Positions 28,951-41,453 of a DNA stretch of 64,000 bases are shown here, one piece after another. Under the pieces are notes generated by a model. It made no database searches and was not told the DNA's origin. It saw nothing but the letters and a program-made list of their open reading frames with translations. Within the stretch, counting starts at the first letter, position 1, and the number at the start of each line of letters is the position of its first letter. This DNA comes from Eledone cirrhosa (Eukaryota): assembly GCA_964016885.1 (NCBI GenBank), contig OZ024743.1, forward strand, positions 177,444,001 to 177,508,000, written 5' to 3'. Both the position numbers and the translations under genes were made by a program.

Positions 28951-30770
28951 CCTCTCCGAAAAAGCACAGCAACTCCTTCCCCCGATCCAGGACGGCTGGG
29001 AGATGCGTACACATCGTAGCCGCCGAAGATCGGTGCGAAGGCCCGTGCCTCGGAGTTTCTGGTCTCGCTGATGGCCACTACATCTATGTTTAGTGACCTG
29101 AGGTCGTTGAGCAGGTGACCCTGCCTCCATGACGACCCCAAGCCACGCGCATTTATGCTGCCTATTCTGAGTGAGGTCATGTTTAAAATAGAGTGGAAAA
29201 GATGGGAAAGATCACTTACCGTACTTTTCGTAGAGGAGGGATGGTTTTTCCATCACTTTTCCCTTGATCGTCTGGTGAATCATCCCTTTGGCTGGTCATC
29301 GGCTCTTCTGTGAGTATATCCGAATATACTCTCCGGTTGAGTGTCCCTCCTAGGTCTCTGAAATCACCAACTGCGTTGTGGAATTTCGTTTTAATGTTTG
29401 TGTATTGTTTCTATGTTATTCTTACCAGTCTTATGTTCGTTGGTGTTTTGATTGGTGCTGGTATTATGTAGTCCTGCTGTGAAATGTCTGTGTGTTCAAT
29501 TATGTAAGTCATTGGTTTCTTGTTATGTGTATTTATTGCTGTGCATTTCTTTTTCTGGGGGTGCGGTGGGGTTCTGCTATTTTCTTGTCGTTGTTGCTGG
29601 GTGTGTGTGTTTTGTTGTTGTGTTTGCGATCTTGGTGCTTGTGGTGGTGGTGTTGAAGGTGTTGTTGTTGGCGGTGGGGTTGCCGCCGGAGGTGATGGTG
29701 GTGCTAGTGTGGGTGGTGATGGTGTTGGTGGTGTGGCTGCTGTAAGTCTCTTTGCAGTAGCCTTTACCCTTTTTTCGTTTGGTGTTGGTGGTGTTGCTAC
29801 TGTGAGTCTCTTTGCAGTAGACTTTCCGCTGCCACACAGACTCCAAGGCTTTTTGTATTTGAGCCTCTGTGGCTCTTTCAACCCTACGGGATTTTGTACT
29901 TACTGTACGGTACGTGACCGTACAGTGCTGTTGGGTTTCGAAACATTTTTCCGCTGCCTTGCAGATTGCTCGGTGTTCAGTTTTTGTCACCATCTTCTTC
30001 GCTTCCTCTAATTCCTCATTTGTTATGAGGATTGTTTCCAGGTTCTTCGCGATACCTGCAAACGAGATTGGTTTTTCTTTGCTGCTGTTGTTGTTGTCGT
30101 CAGAGCTGCTGTTACTTTTGTTGTTGCTGCAGGTACCACGACTACTGCCGCCGCTGCTGTTGCTGTTGTTGTTGTTGTTGTTGCTGCTGCTAATGCTGTT
30201 GTTGTTTATGCTGCTGCTGATGCTGTTGCGGCTGCTACTGTTGTTTTCATTGTCACTGTTGCTGTTGTTATTACGGCTGCTACTGCTATTATTCCTGACG
30301 TCAGACGAATGAAATGGGTTTTCGTATTTCCCGCACACCTGTTTCGTCGTTGTCGTCGTCGTCGTGGAGAAATCTTGCACGCTTTGCACGAGACTTTTCT
30401 TTTCTGTCGTCGCTTGCGAAAGAGAAGGGAGGGAGAGAGACACATTTAAAGAAGGGAGGGAGAGAGACAATCTTCTCTCTGCGGTAGTGACGATTGAGGA
30501 AGAAGAAGACGGAATGAGTGGGAGTGACCTATGAAAATTCCTTTTCGTAGCCATGTTGTTTTTTTTGTTTAAAATAAATATTGGGCACAAAACCCCAATA
30601 AGCAGTTATTTAACCCCGAAGGGCCAAATAACGGGCAGAAAGACCCCTCTCGCGAGGAGGAGGGTGTTTTTGTCGACAAGTTGGTTAAAGTTTTAAGCAA
30701 TTTACAATTGTTATAGCGGTCAAAATTTACAATACCTTACAGAGCCGAGCCTCCGTCAACCATAGCATTC
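28951..30770 (-). mobile_element. Tx1/L1-clade LINE copy A: 5' end, internally deleted ORF1, start of APE endonuclease
   Basis: ORF2 starts at 29180 (MTSLRIGSINARGL...DVVAISETR...GVAVLF, the APE N-terminus). ORF1 starts at about 30554 with an Asn/Ser-rich N-terminus. The 5' end is almost identical to copy C and abuts (AAT)n at 30771. Confidence 0.88.
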
Positions 30771-30793
30771 AATAATAATAATAATAATAATAA
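30771..30793. repeat. (AAT)n tract between Tx1 copies A and B
   Basis: aataataat... directly between the 5' end of A and the 3' tail of B. Confidence 0.95.
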
Positions 30794-31027
30794 TTTCATT
30801 TATTAGCCACAAGGGCCGACATGTAAGGGACAATACAAAGACAGGGACAGTGGGGGTTTACAATAAGGTCGAGTAAAAGTGCACAATGGCAAGACTAATT
30901 TAACAATGAAAATATAAAAATATAAATAAACATTGCGTAAATATAACAAAATAAATTCCCCAATCCTGAACCACCCTGCGCTTCTAGGGCACCCAGGGAG
31001 AGCACCCCTCTCCTCAAGTTAGCTAGC

Positions 31028-34000
31028 CTATAGACGCATGGTCAGAGTAGGCCCATTCACACGAGCTATTCTCGCCACATTCACCCACCTTTTAGCAAAT
31101 GTACTGGGGGGCAGCACTTCTCTCTCCACCCTCACTTTCCTTTCCACGTGAAACTTGAAGAAGTTGATGAGGGATTGGCCGAAGAGAAAAGTGTCTGTCT
31201 TTAGTCCTTTCAACCTGGTCCACCATATAATCTCTTTCGCAACTGCCACCAGACAGAGGAAAACTTCCTGCTCTTCCTGACCTAAGGAAGGCGGTGGATC
31301 GATCTTCACTATGGACTCGGCCGATAGCCGGATTCGTTCCACACGCGACAGTAGCTGTTCGACATAACTCCACAAGTCAGTAATGGACAAGTGCGTGCAG
31401 ACGGTTTCGTCGTTCTGTGCACATCCATCCTGGGCAGGTCCGTCTGACAGCACTTCCGTGGCTGTAGAGTTTATCCCGAACCGGCAGTGCCCCCGGTAGC
31501 ACTGCCAAGCGAGGGATTTCTGGAAATTGTCCATCGTCCCCGGCTCAAAAGTCCTCCGGTACAGACTGGTCAGTTCGACTTCGTCGAGGCCCAAAGCTTC
31601 TCCGAGTGCGTCATCGCACTTGCCCACCACTAATCCTCTATAGAACTCGAGAGTGGAAGTTCCACTGATCGCATTGGTAGAGGGCAGTGAGTGCCTGGCA
31701 ACATTCCAGGTGCCAGTCACCCAGTCTCAGTCTCTTCTTGACCCAGGACTGCAGCTCAGTCAAAGAAATGAGCTGCGGAAAGGCCCGTCTGATAAACGGC
31801 GACCACACCTGTTCACCGTTGAGGCAGAATATCTGGAGATGTCGCAGCCTCAACGCATGTCTGCGCAGATGGACCTGCGTAGACGGTGCTGGCAGCAGAT
31901 GGACCGCAGCAGATGGACCGCCTCACCAACGGAAATTGTCCCCTCCACAAGAATTTGAAGAGGAACCGTTCCAACTTGACGAGGCGCGGACGGGGGCAAG
32001 GCACGACGGTCAGGCGGTAGTAGATGACGGACGCGATGTACGCATTCGCCACCTCCGCGCGACCTTTCAGTGATAGCTTCCTCCCAGCCCATTTTTAGGT
32101 GAGACTGGCTACTCTGCTCGTTACCTCGTCCCAATTCTTTTACACTTGGAGGTCTGGTCCGAACTAAACCCCGAGCAACTTTACCGGTCCGTCCGTCCAG
32201 CGCCCCACGACGCTGTTGGACGGCATGGGCTTGCCTCTCCAGGTTCCGAGCTGCAAGCCCACCGACTTTTCCGGGTTAAGTTTGGCTCCTGTCAACCTTT
32301 CATATTCCTTCAATAAGGTGCCGACCACCTCGATTTCTGAGGTGTTCGACACCATCACGGTGATGTCGTCCGCATAAGCCGACACCGCCTTTCCACGTCC
32401 CGGTTCGAGCGGGATGCCCTGCAACAGCTCCAGCTTCCGCAGTAAAGGCTCGTGAGTCAATACGTACAGAAGGGAAGAGAGAGGGCACCCTTGACGAACC
32501 GCTCGGGAGAGCCGAAATGGTTCCGAGAGGTGTCCATTAACCTTGACCACCGAGCGTGTGCCGCTGTGCATTGTAACGATCCAGCTTCTAAAGGCAGGGC
32601 CGAAGCCAGCTGCTTTGAGGACAAACTCCAGATACTGATGGTCGACCCTATCGAATGCTTTCGATTGATCTAAATTGATCAGTGCCCCACCGAAGCCAGG
32701 TTTACACCCTACCCTATCTATGATGTATCGCATGAGGTGGCGATTGTCGTGTATGGACCTGGCCGGGATTACGCAGGTTTGCGCCTCCCCAACCAAATCC
32801 TCGACGACAAGCGCCAATCTCTTTGCTAACACCTTCGCCAAAATCTTAAACTCCCTTTTGAGCAGAGTTATGGGCCTGAAGTTGTCTAATGTATCCCTCT
32901 TGTTCTCGTCTTTCCTTATCAGCGTCACCACTCCCCTGCTCACAGAACTGGGAATACTCCCATTCTGCTGCCAGTTGCAGTAGAGTGTTTCGAGGAGTTC
33001 GGAGAACAAGTCTGGCATATTTACGTAAAGCTCGTAGGGCAGGCCATCCAAACCGGGTGACTTGCGCCTCATGCAGCCGACAAGTGCGTCCTGAATTTCG
33101 GCTGAAGTAATCGGCCTTTCGCAGCGCTCAGCGTCGACCGTCGAGAGTTGCGGCAATCTCGTGTCTGTCTCGGTTCGCCAAAGACCGAATTGTTGTTTTA
33201 TTACCACGCTGCGCCTCCGCCACGCGGGCCCATCGAACAGCTTTAGTTCCCTCGTTTCTCAGCGCACGCGTCTTAGCTCTGACAATGCAACCTTCGTGTT
33301 TGGCATTGAAGAAATGGTCTAATGCCATTATCGCCGCTAGCACGTCAGTTGCGATGCCACTACAAATAGCCTCGTCTAAGTTATCTACCAGCTCCCCCTC
33401 CTTTCTATTTTTCTCTAACGCTAGTTCTTTGCTGAACTCTATCGAAGTTACTCTAATCTCTCTTTTGAGAGCCACCCACCATCTGTTGTTGATGACCCCC
33501 TGTCAACTTTTGCTTAACTAAATTGTTGACTCGGTCCCTGTAAGCCTTACGTGCCGGAAATGACATGTTCAGCTTCCAGTAACCCGGTCCTAACCTACGC
33601 GTTTTATTTAGGTCGACCGTACAGATCACAAATTTGTGATCTAAATAGGCGACCGTTTTAAAAAGTGGACAGCCCACACTATTTCTATCTATTTTCCTAA
33701 TGAAAATCCTGTCTATATACGATCTAGATGACCCCATTCGGTTGGTCCATGTCCATACTGGCACATTGGGGAAATCTAGTCGATACCTGTCAGACAGTTG
33801 GAACTGGCTGAGTAGGTGTTTGAGGCTTTTGCACCCCCCGCTCCTATCGGCTACTCCCACACAATCCCAGCGTGCGTCTAAGATGCCATTCCAGTCCCCC
33901 GCTAACAGTAAAGGGCGAGACGTACCCAGAAAGGTCTCCAGGCGCCTAAAGAAGTCAGGTCGTCCGGCCCCTGTAGGGGCGTAGACGGCCAGCAGTCTAA

Positions 34001-34316
34001 AGGCACCACCTTCGCTACTGCTCACATCCAAGACCACCAACTTACCGTCCGGGTCCCGGAAGATCGACCTTACCTCGAGATCCAGTCCTTTCCTAAACAG
34101 CACTGCCACCCCAACCCCCATTCCCGGCCTGCTAATAGATGCGAAGATCTGATAGTCGTCGAAAATGGGGGCTAGTGCGCGCGTGTCGGAAATTCTGGTC
34201 TCGCTGACGGCAATCACATCCATATCCAGCGACCGGAGGTCGTTGAGCAGGTGACCCTGCTTCCAGTGTGACCCCAGGTCGCAAACATTTAAACTTCCTA
34301 CTCTTAATATGGCCAT
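31028..34316 (-). pseudogene. Tx1 copy B ORF2 (APE endonuclease, reverse transcriptase, C-terminal Cys/His region), frameshifted
   Basis: Motifs GSLNV/SETR, GDWN, IDRIF, LDHK (APE); KSPGLDG, FRPITLL, LDQSKAFDRV, VRQGCPLS, AYADD (RT). They are split across ORFs 33453-34316, 33128-33475, 32164-33207, 31813-32052 and 31028-31720. Confidence 0.92.
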
Positions 34317-34325
34317 ATTGGTAAG

Positions 34326-36262
34326 CTAAGAGAGAGAGAGGGAAGGTTTACTTACCTCCCAGGTCTTGTGAAGGTCGGGTGGTTCGACCTCCATGGTTGG
34401 TGGGGTTTCTTTTGGGAACCCCTTTAAAAGTCTTGATGTGGGTTTCACATTCGGGGTTCCCACGTCTTGAGGAAAGCTCTCTCGAATTTCTTTGAAGGAA
34501 TTGAGTGACATTCGGACCAGAAGCAAATCTTCTGGCACGCAAAATGTGCTCATTTCAAAAATCTCCCCCTCTATTTGAATGTCCTCGCTTCGCGCTAAAA
34601 GGGCCATCAGTTTATCGTTGGCCCTTCTGACAAGCACGAAGTTTTTAACATTTTGATGGTGTGGTTTTATTTGTTTTCGTTTTGGTGACTGTGGTGGCGA
34701 TGGTTTTGGTGGTGTTGTTTCGGGTATGTCTATGTTTGTTGTAGGTGTGGTGTCTGCAATTTCAGGTATTTGTGTGTTTATTTGTACTTGTGTTTGTTTA
34801 GGTTGTTTGCGTTTCGGGGATTGTGGAGGTGGTGTCGATGTTGCTGTTGGTGATGATGTTATTGGGGAAGTGTTTGCGTTAGTGGTGTCTGTATTTTTTG
34901 TTGTGTATGTTTCTGTGTTTTGTTGGGGCTTTTTTTGTGAGTTTTCTCTGTTTTTTTGCATCTTCGGAAGACAAAGGGTCTGTGTCTGTGTCTGTGTGTG
35001 CGTTTATTGTTTTGTCTATGTGTATAATTGGGGGTAGGGGGAGTGGGAGAGCTTTCCTCGTTTTCTCCTTGGATTGGTTTTGGTGTTGGTGGTGATCCGG
35101 CTGCTTTTGATGTTGGTATCCATGTTTTTGTTGGTGTTGTTTTTGGTGGTGGTGGTGGTGCAGATTTCCGTGCTTACACTGGCGTTGGCAACAAAGGAGG
35201 TTTGCGACCCCCTGCATTTTTGCGCTGAGGGCAGAAGGCTTGAAGATGTGTTGCTTCCCCGCAGACGAAGCAGCGTGGCCTTCCCTCAATGATTAGTTGG
35301 ATTGTTGTCCCGTCCTGCAGGCGGGCAAAATCCGGGATGTTATTCATATCCTCCGGTTTCATTTGGAGAATAATCTCCAAATCCATTCCGGACCAGTCCT
35401 CTCTCTCTGTCCTTTTGATATCCAGGAGGGTAGTGTCTGTCCTCTCCTCGATTACGCATCCCAGCAGCCAGCATATGTTCATTCCTGGTGGGATGCTGGG
35501 AATGCGTACCTTTACTGTCCTTTTACCCATGTAGGACGGATGCATGATAATGCGTTCCGTTCTGCAGGGGGTCACCGAGTGCTTAATAGCGAGGGCCTCG
35601 GTTTTGAACAGTACCGAGATGGTACCGAACTGTTTGCCTCTTGCTTTGTACTCTATGTTACTTCCGATGTACTCCAAAGCGGCCTCGACCTCTGCTTGGC
35701 TGGCAGGTTCCACTTTTCGTGTCTGTACCGAAATACATCGAAAGAACACCGTCCTCCTTTGCATGGCCGCTATTGCCTCGTCCGGAATGGTCAGGTTTGC
35801 CCAGTACTTCTCCCGTTTAATTAGCCTCCACGCTTGGGCCAACTGTTCGTCTTTATCGCTAATATCAATATCAATATTCAATAAGCGCTTTGTTTTTGCT
35901 GCTGCTGCAGCAAATGTGATGTTTCTGATGCTCTTATTGTTGGTGTTGTCATTTTTGATGTTGTTATTGGTGTTGCCACCGCCATCCGTGTTTACATTGA
36001 AGCTGTCGGTGTTATTGTCGTTATTGCTCTGAGTTGTTGTTGTTGTGGTGGTGGTGGTGGCGGTGGTGGTGATGTCGTTTTCAGATGATACTGTTGCTAT
36101 CACAGAAGATTATGATGGTAGCTTTTGAGTTTTGCCTTCACATTCAGTAGAGTGGATGACAGGCATGACTGTAGCCGTCGTAGTCGTGGTGAAATCTACA
36201 GTGGCTGCCTTTAAACTTTTGACCTGAACGTTGTTTACCGTTTCAAGGTTGAAAATTTCCAT
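34326..36262 (-). pseudogene. Tx1 copy B ORF1 (gag-like nucleic-acid-binding protein), frameshifted
   Basis: ORF 35174-36103 ends in GRPRCFVCGEATHLQAFC (zinc knuckle). A Thr/Pro-rich C-terminal part lies in 34326-34961, and an upstream ATG is at about 36262. Confidence 0.8.
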
Positions 36263-36487
36263 AATTTTCTTTTGGTGGGGAAGCGATTTTTTTCGAAGTT
36301 TTTAAAAATAAATCTTAATATTCGGGCTTAAGGCCTGAATATTGAGAGGTATCCCTCTCTTTAAATCAAGATGTGTACCTTAAGTTTCGTTAACGACAAG
36401 AAAATACAAAAAATGACACTTTAAAACAGCTTAAAGTTACGAACCTTTTCCCCCGCAGATTTGTACTGTCTTCACACATGTGCGGCC

Positions 36488-36511
36488 AATGATAATAATA
36501 ATAATAATAAT
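36488..36511. repeat. (AAT)n tract between Tx1 copies B and C
   Basis: aatgataataataataataataat at the head-to-tail junction. Confidence 0.93.
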
Positions 36512-39500
36512 GCTTTCTTTATTAACCACAAGGGTTTACATAAAGTAGACATTAAGGACAGTACAGGACAATACAGGACCGTACAAATGGGCATTTCTGC
36601 GTGTAAAAAAAACAGGGGATGTAATAAAAAATAACAATGAAAAATTCCCCAATAGGGGGGAGACTTCCGAGGGACATTTGTGGAGAAAGCCCATTAAAAG
36701 GCCGCAGTGACCCTGACCACCAGGGCAAGTGCCCTCTCCCAGTTTTCCACCTTTAATTTACAGACAGATACCCAGAGTAGGCCCATTCACACGGGCGATA
36801 CTTGCTTCTCTCACCCATCTTTCAACAAAATGCTGGGAAGAGAGCACTTCCCTCTCTACACTGATTTTCCTTTTCAAATGAAATTTGAAAAAGTTAATCA
36901 GGGCATCACCGAAGAGGTAAGTGCTCGTCTTCAGCCCTTTCAAACGTGTCCACCATACTATCTCTTTCGCCATGGCCACCAGACAAATAAAAACTGCCTG
37001 GAGTTCCCGGCTAAAGGACGAGGGCAGGGAAATCCTAACGATGGACTCAGCTGATAGCTGGATCCGTCCTACACGTGACAGCAGGTTTTCCACATAAACC
37101 CACAAGTCAGCAATGCTCGGACACTGGACGAGTGCGTGCAGGACGGTTTCGTCGCCCTGCGCGCATCTCGGACATGCCCGGCTGACGGCACCTCCGTGCC
37201 TGTAGAGTTTATCCCGAACTGGCAAAGCTCCTCGGTAGCACTGCCAGGCCAGGGATTTCTGGAAGTTGTCCATAGGCCCCGGCCCGAAAGTCCTTCCGAA
37301 GAGATTGGCTAGTTGATTTTCGTCGACGCCTAGAGTTTCTCCAAGTACGTCGTCGCTCTTCCTCTCCACTAATCCTCTATAGAACACCAAGGTGGAGTTT
37401 CCACCGATCACATTGCCCGATTGGTCGAGGGCTGTGAGCGCCTGAAGACATTCCAGTCTCCAAGCGCTCCCTCTCTGTCTTCACTTGACCCAGGACTGCA
37501 GCTCCGTCAAGGAGACGAGCTGGGGAAAGACGTGTCTAGCAAACGGCGACCACACCTGATCACCGTCGAGGAAGAGGTGGAGATGTCGTAGCCTGAGCGC
37601 GTGTCTGCGCATCATCATCCACGGCATGCCCATCCCTCCACGTAGCGGGTGTTGACAGCAGATGGACCGCCTGACGATTGGAGCGCGTGCCTTCCACAAA
37701 AAGCGAAAGAGCAAACGTTCCAGCGCAGTCAGGCGGGGCTTAGGACAAGGTACGACGGTCAGGCGGTATTAGATGACGGACGCGATGTACGCTTTGGCCA
37801 CCTCCGCTCGACCTTTCAGAGATAGCTTCCTCTCCGCCAATTTCTGGGTGAGAGAAGCCACCCTGCTCGTCACCTCGTCCCAGTTTTTGTCCGTCTGGAG
37901 GTCCAGACCGAACCAGACCCCTAGCAATTTAACCGTCCGTCCATCCTGCGCCCGACGACGCTGTTGGACGGCATGGACCTGCCTCTCCAGGTGCCGAGCT
38001 TCAGGCCCACTGACTTTTCCTGGTTGATCATTGCTCCTGTCACCGCTTCGTATTCACTTAGTGTAGTGCCGATTGCCTCGATGTGTTTGGCGTTCGACAC
38101 CACTACGGTGACATCGTCCGCATATGCTGACACGGATCTTCCGCATCCTAGTTCGTGCGGGACCCCCCTCAACGTCTCCAGTTTGTGCAGTAATGGCTCG
38201 AGAGTCAATACGTACAATAGGGACGAGAGGGGACATCCTTGGCGGACCGAGCGCATGATGTTGAACGGTTCGGAAAGGTGACCGTTCACTCTCACCACAG
38301 AGCAGATGTCGCTGTGCATGGCAGCGATCCAGCCTCTGAAGACGGGTCCAAAGCCAGCCGCCCTCTGGACTGGCGCTAGGTAACGATGGTCGACCCTATC
38401 GAAAGCTTTCGACTGATCTAAATTGATCAAGCACCCACCTGTGCCAGGTTCCCTAGCTACCTTCTCTATGGTGTATCGCATGAGCTGGAGTTTGTCGTGG
38501 ATGGATCTGTCGGGAGTTGCGCACGTCTGTGCCTCTTCCACCAGACCACCAACGACAAGCGCCAACCTCTTTGCTAGGTACCTTGGCCAAAATCTTAAAC
38601 TCTGTGTTTAGCAGATTTATGGGCCTGAAATTATCTATGTTATCCCCCTTGTTCGGATCCTTTCTCAGCAGCGTCACAGCTCCTCGGCTCACAGAGCTGG
38701 GAATTCTCCCGTTCTGTTGCCAGTTGCATTAGACGTCCGCCAAGAGGACTCCGAACAAGTCTGGCATCTGTACGTAAAGTTCATAGGGCAGACCATCCAA
38801 ACCAGGCGATTTACCCCTTGTGCAGCCAGTTATTGCCTCCCGTACTTCAGCGGCTGTTATCGGCTTTTCGCAACACTCCGCCTCAGTGGCCGAGAGCCGC
38901 GGCAGTTCGTCGAGGTAGACACTAAAGTCCATCCGCTGCCCCCCGAACAGCTGCGCGAAGTGTCGCTGAAAAGCTTCACACATTTGCCCGGGATCGAGTA
39001 GCATGCGCCCGTCGTGGTCCACCAAAGACCGGATCGTGGCTTTGTTGCCACGACGCGCCTCCGCCACTCGGGCCCATTGAACGGCTTTCGTCCCCTCGTG
39101 TCTGAGAGCACGCACCCTAGCTCTGACAACGCAGCCTTCGTGCTTTGCATTGAAGAATTGGTCAAGGGCCAATTACGCCGCAAGTACGTCTGTCGCGATT
39201 CCTTTGCTAAGCGCCTCGTCTAATTTTCTAACTAATTCTACCTCTGCTCTATTTTTCTCTATTGCTAAAGCCTTACTAAACCTAATGGACTCTATTCTAA
39301 TTGCTCTTTTCAGAGCAAACCACCACTTGTTGTTGACGATGGCCCCCGTCAAAATACTCTATCTAGATATGATCTGGATGACCCTATGCGAATTGTCCAA
39401 GTCCACATGTGTATTTATTGCTGTGCATTTCTTTTTCTGGGGGTGGGGTGTGGTTCTGCTATTTTCTTGTCGTTGTTGCTGGGTGTGTGTGTTTTGTTGT

Positions 39501-41396
39501 TGTGTTTGCGATCTTGGTGCTTGTGGTGGTGGTGTTGAAGGTGTTGTTGTTGGCGGTGGGGTTGCCTCCGGTGGTGATGGTGGTACTAGTGTGGGTGGTG
39601 ATGGTGTTGGTGGTGTGGCTGCTGTAAGTCTCTTTGCAGTATCCTTTACCCTTTTTTCGTTTCTTTCCTCCTTTTTCGAAGGCGACGATGCGCTGCTTCT
39701 GCGTTTGTGCCTTCTCGCGACCTTTTGCCATCCTTCTCCCACCTCACACTCCATGTCCGATTCTGTGAGGTCGGGGAGGGGTACCAGCTCCACTCTTTCA
39801 CTTGTTGTTGTTGGTGATGTTTGCAGTGGTGTCTATGTTGCAGCTGCAGTAGGTATTGCTGTTGTTGTTGTTAATACTTCCACTGCTGCTGCTGTTCTTG
39901 ATTTCCGTGGCGTGGGTATGGGTGCCATGGACCTATCCTTCCTGGTTGCCGCCTGTCCTGTTGCTGGTAGCAGTGGAGCCGGTTTCGGAAGGAGGTGGGT
40001 TTTCTCCTTTCTCAGGGTCTTCTCATTGCAGAAGGCCCTGAGGTGAGTCTTCGAAAGCATTTCGGGCGTTTGCCCTCAACACTTACGGGCAGTTGAGTGC
40101 CGTTATCGAAGTCTATCACATCCGGGATAGCTACGATGCAATACTGCTTGGTTTGGATTAACATCTCAATGGAGGTGCCGACCCAATCTTCTCGTACTTT
40201 TTTCTGTACTTGCAGTATAGTTGTTTTGTCCTAGATTCCGACGAGGACAGACGCGGCCAGCCAAGGGGGACGTGGCCATCCCGGGGGGGGGGGGGGGTCA
40301 GTTTGACCCTCACCATTTTTTGTCTGCAGTAGGAGGGCACCAACACCATTTCCTCGCTCCTTAGGGTCACTAGGGATTGAGCGTTTGCCTCCTGGGGTGT
40401 GGAAAAAAGCACGTCCACGGTGGCATATTTCTTGCCTCGGGTGATATGCGTTTTCCGCTCCCACACAGACCCTAAGGCTTTTTGTATTTGAGCCTATGTG
40501 GCTCTTTCAACCCTACGGGATTTTGACCGTACAGTGCTGTTGGGTTTCTAAAGATTTTTCGGCTGCCTTGCAGATTGCTCGGTGTCCGGTTTTCGTTACC
40601 ATCTTCTTTGCTTCCTGTAATTCCTCATTTGTTATAAGGATGGTTTCCAGGTTCTTTGCGATACCTGCAAACGAGATTGTTTTTTCTTTCTTGTTGTCGT
40701 CAGAGCTGCTGTTACTTTTGTTGTTGCTGCTGGTACTACGACTGCCGCCGCCGCTGTTGCTGTGGTTGTTGTTGTTGTTGCTGCTCCTGCTGTTGTTGTT
40801 GCTGTTGCTGCTAATGATGTTGTTGTTTGTGCTGCTGCTGATGCTGTTGCGGCTGCTACTGTTGTTTTCCTTGTCACTGTTGCTGCTGCTGTTGTTATTA
40901 CGGCTGCTGCTGCTATTATTCATGACGTCAGAAGAATGAAATGGGTTTCCGTATTAACCGCACACATTTTCGTCGTTGTCGTCGTCGTGGAGAAATGTTC
41001 CACGTTTTGCACGTGATCTTGGAAACTATCAGAAACTATATTTTTATTTTTATTTATTGGTGTCGCTTGCGAAAGAGAAGGGAGGGAGAGAGACAATCTT
41101 CTCTCTGATGTAGTGACGATTGAGGAAGAAGAAGACGGAATGAGTGGGAGTGACTTGTGAAAATTCTTTTTTGTAGCCATGTTTTTTTTTCGGTTTAAAA
41201 TAAATATTGGGCACAAAACCCCAATAAGCGGTTATTTAACCCCGAAGGGCCAAATAATGGTCAGAAAGACCCCTCTCACGAGGAGGAGGGTGTTTTTGTC
41301 TACAATTTGGTTAAAGTTTTAAACAATTTACAATTGTTATAGCGGTTAAAATTTACTATACCTTACAGAGCCGAGCCTCCGTCAACCATGGCATTC
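36512..41396 (-). mobile_element. Tx1/L1-clade LINE copy C (same family as A), APE domain deleted
   Basis: RT motifs LDQSKAFDRV, VRQGCPLS and AYADD (37921-38565); CCHC CPRCAQGDETVLHALVQC (36758-37411). ORF1 starts at about 41180 and is fused near 39405 to the end of APE (VDLD). The 3' end reads CCCTTGTGGTTAATAAAGAAAGC(ATT)n. Confidence 0.9.
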
Positions 41397-41453
41397 AATA
41401 ATAACAATGATAATGATATTATTATTATCAATAATAATAATAATAATAATATT
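41397..41453. repeat. Degenerate (AAT)n/(ATT)n tract between Tx1 copy C and Dong copy 1
   Basis: aataataacaatgataatgatattattattatcaataataataataataataatatt. Confidence 0.9.

Larger units (their letters stand above)
30794..36487 (-). mobile_element. Tx1/L1-clade LINE copy B, apparently full length, decayed
   Basis: ORF1 carries a CX2CX4HX4C knuckle and ORF2 runs APE-RT-CCHC. The 3' end reads CCCTTGTGGCTAATAAATGAA(ATT)n, and both ends are flanked by AAT tracts. Confidence 0.92.

Noticed and set aside
28474-29180. Twin-priming explanation for the inversion, and the fusion ORFs 28444-29019 and 28710-29180 as genes
   Set aside because: The junction is convergent, not divergent as twin priming predicts. 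The ORFs are chance read-throughs across the breakpoint.
30640-30670. HDV-like ribozyme suggested by TCCTCG(C/T) in the Tx1 A/C leader
   Set aside because: No conserved P1 partner, no GG after P1' and no CNRA junction; a simple hairpin explains it.
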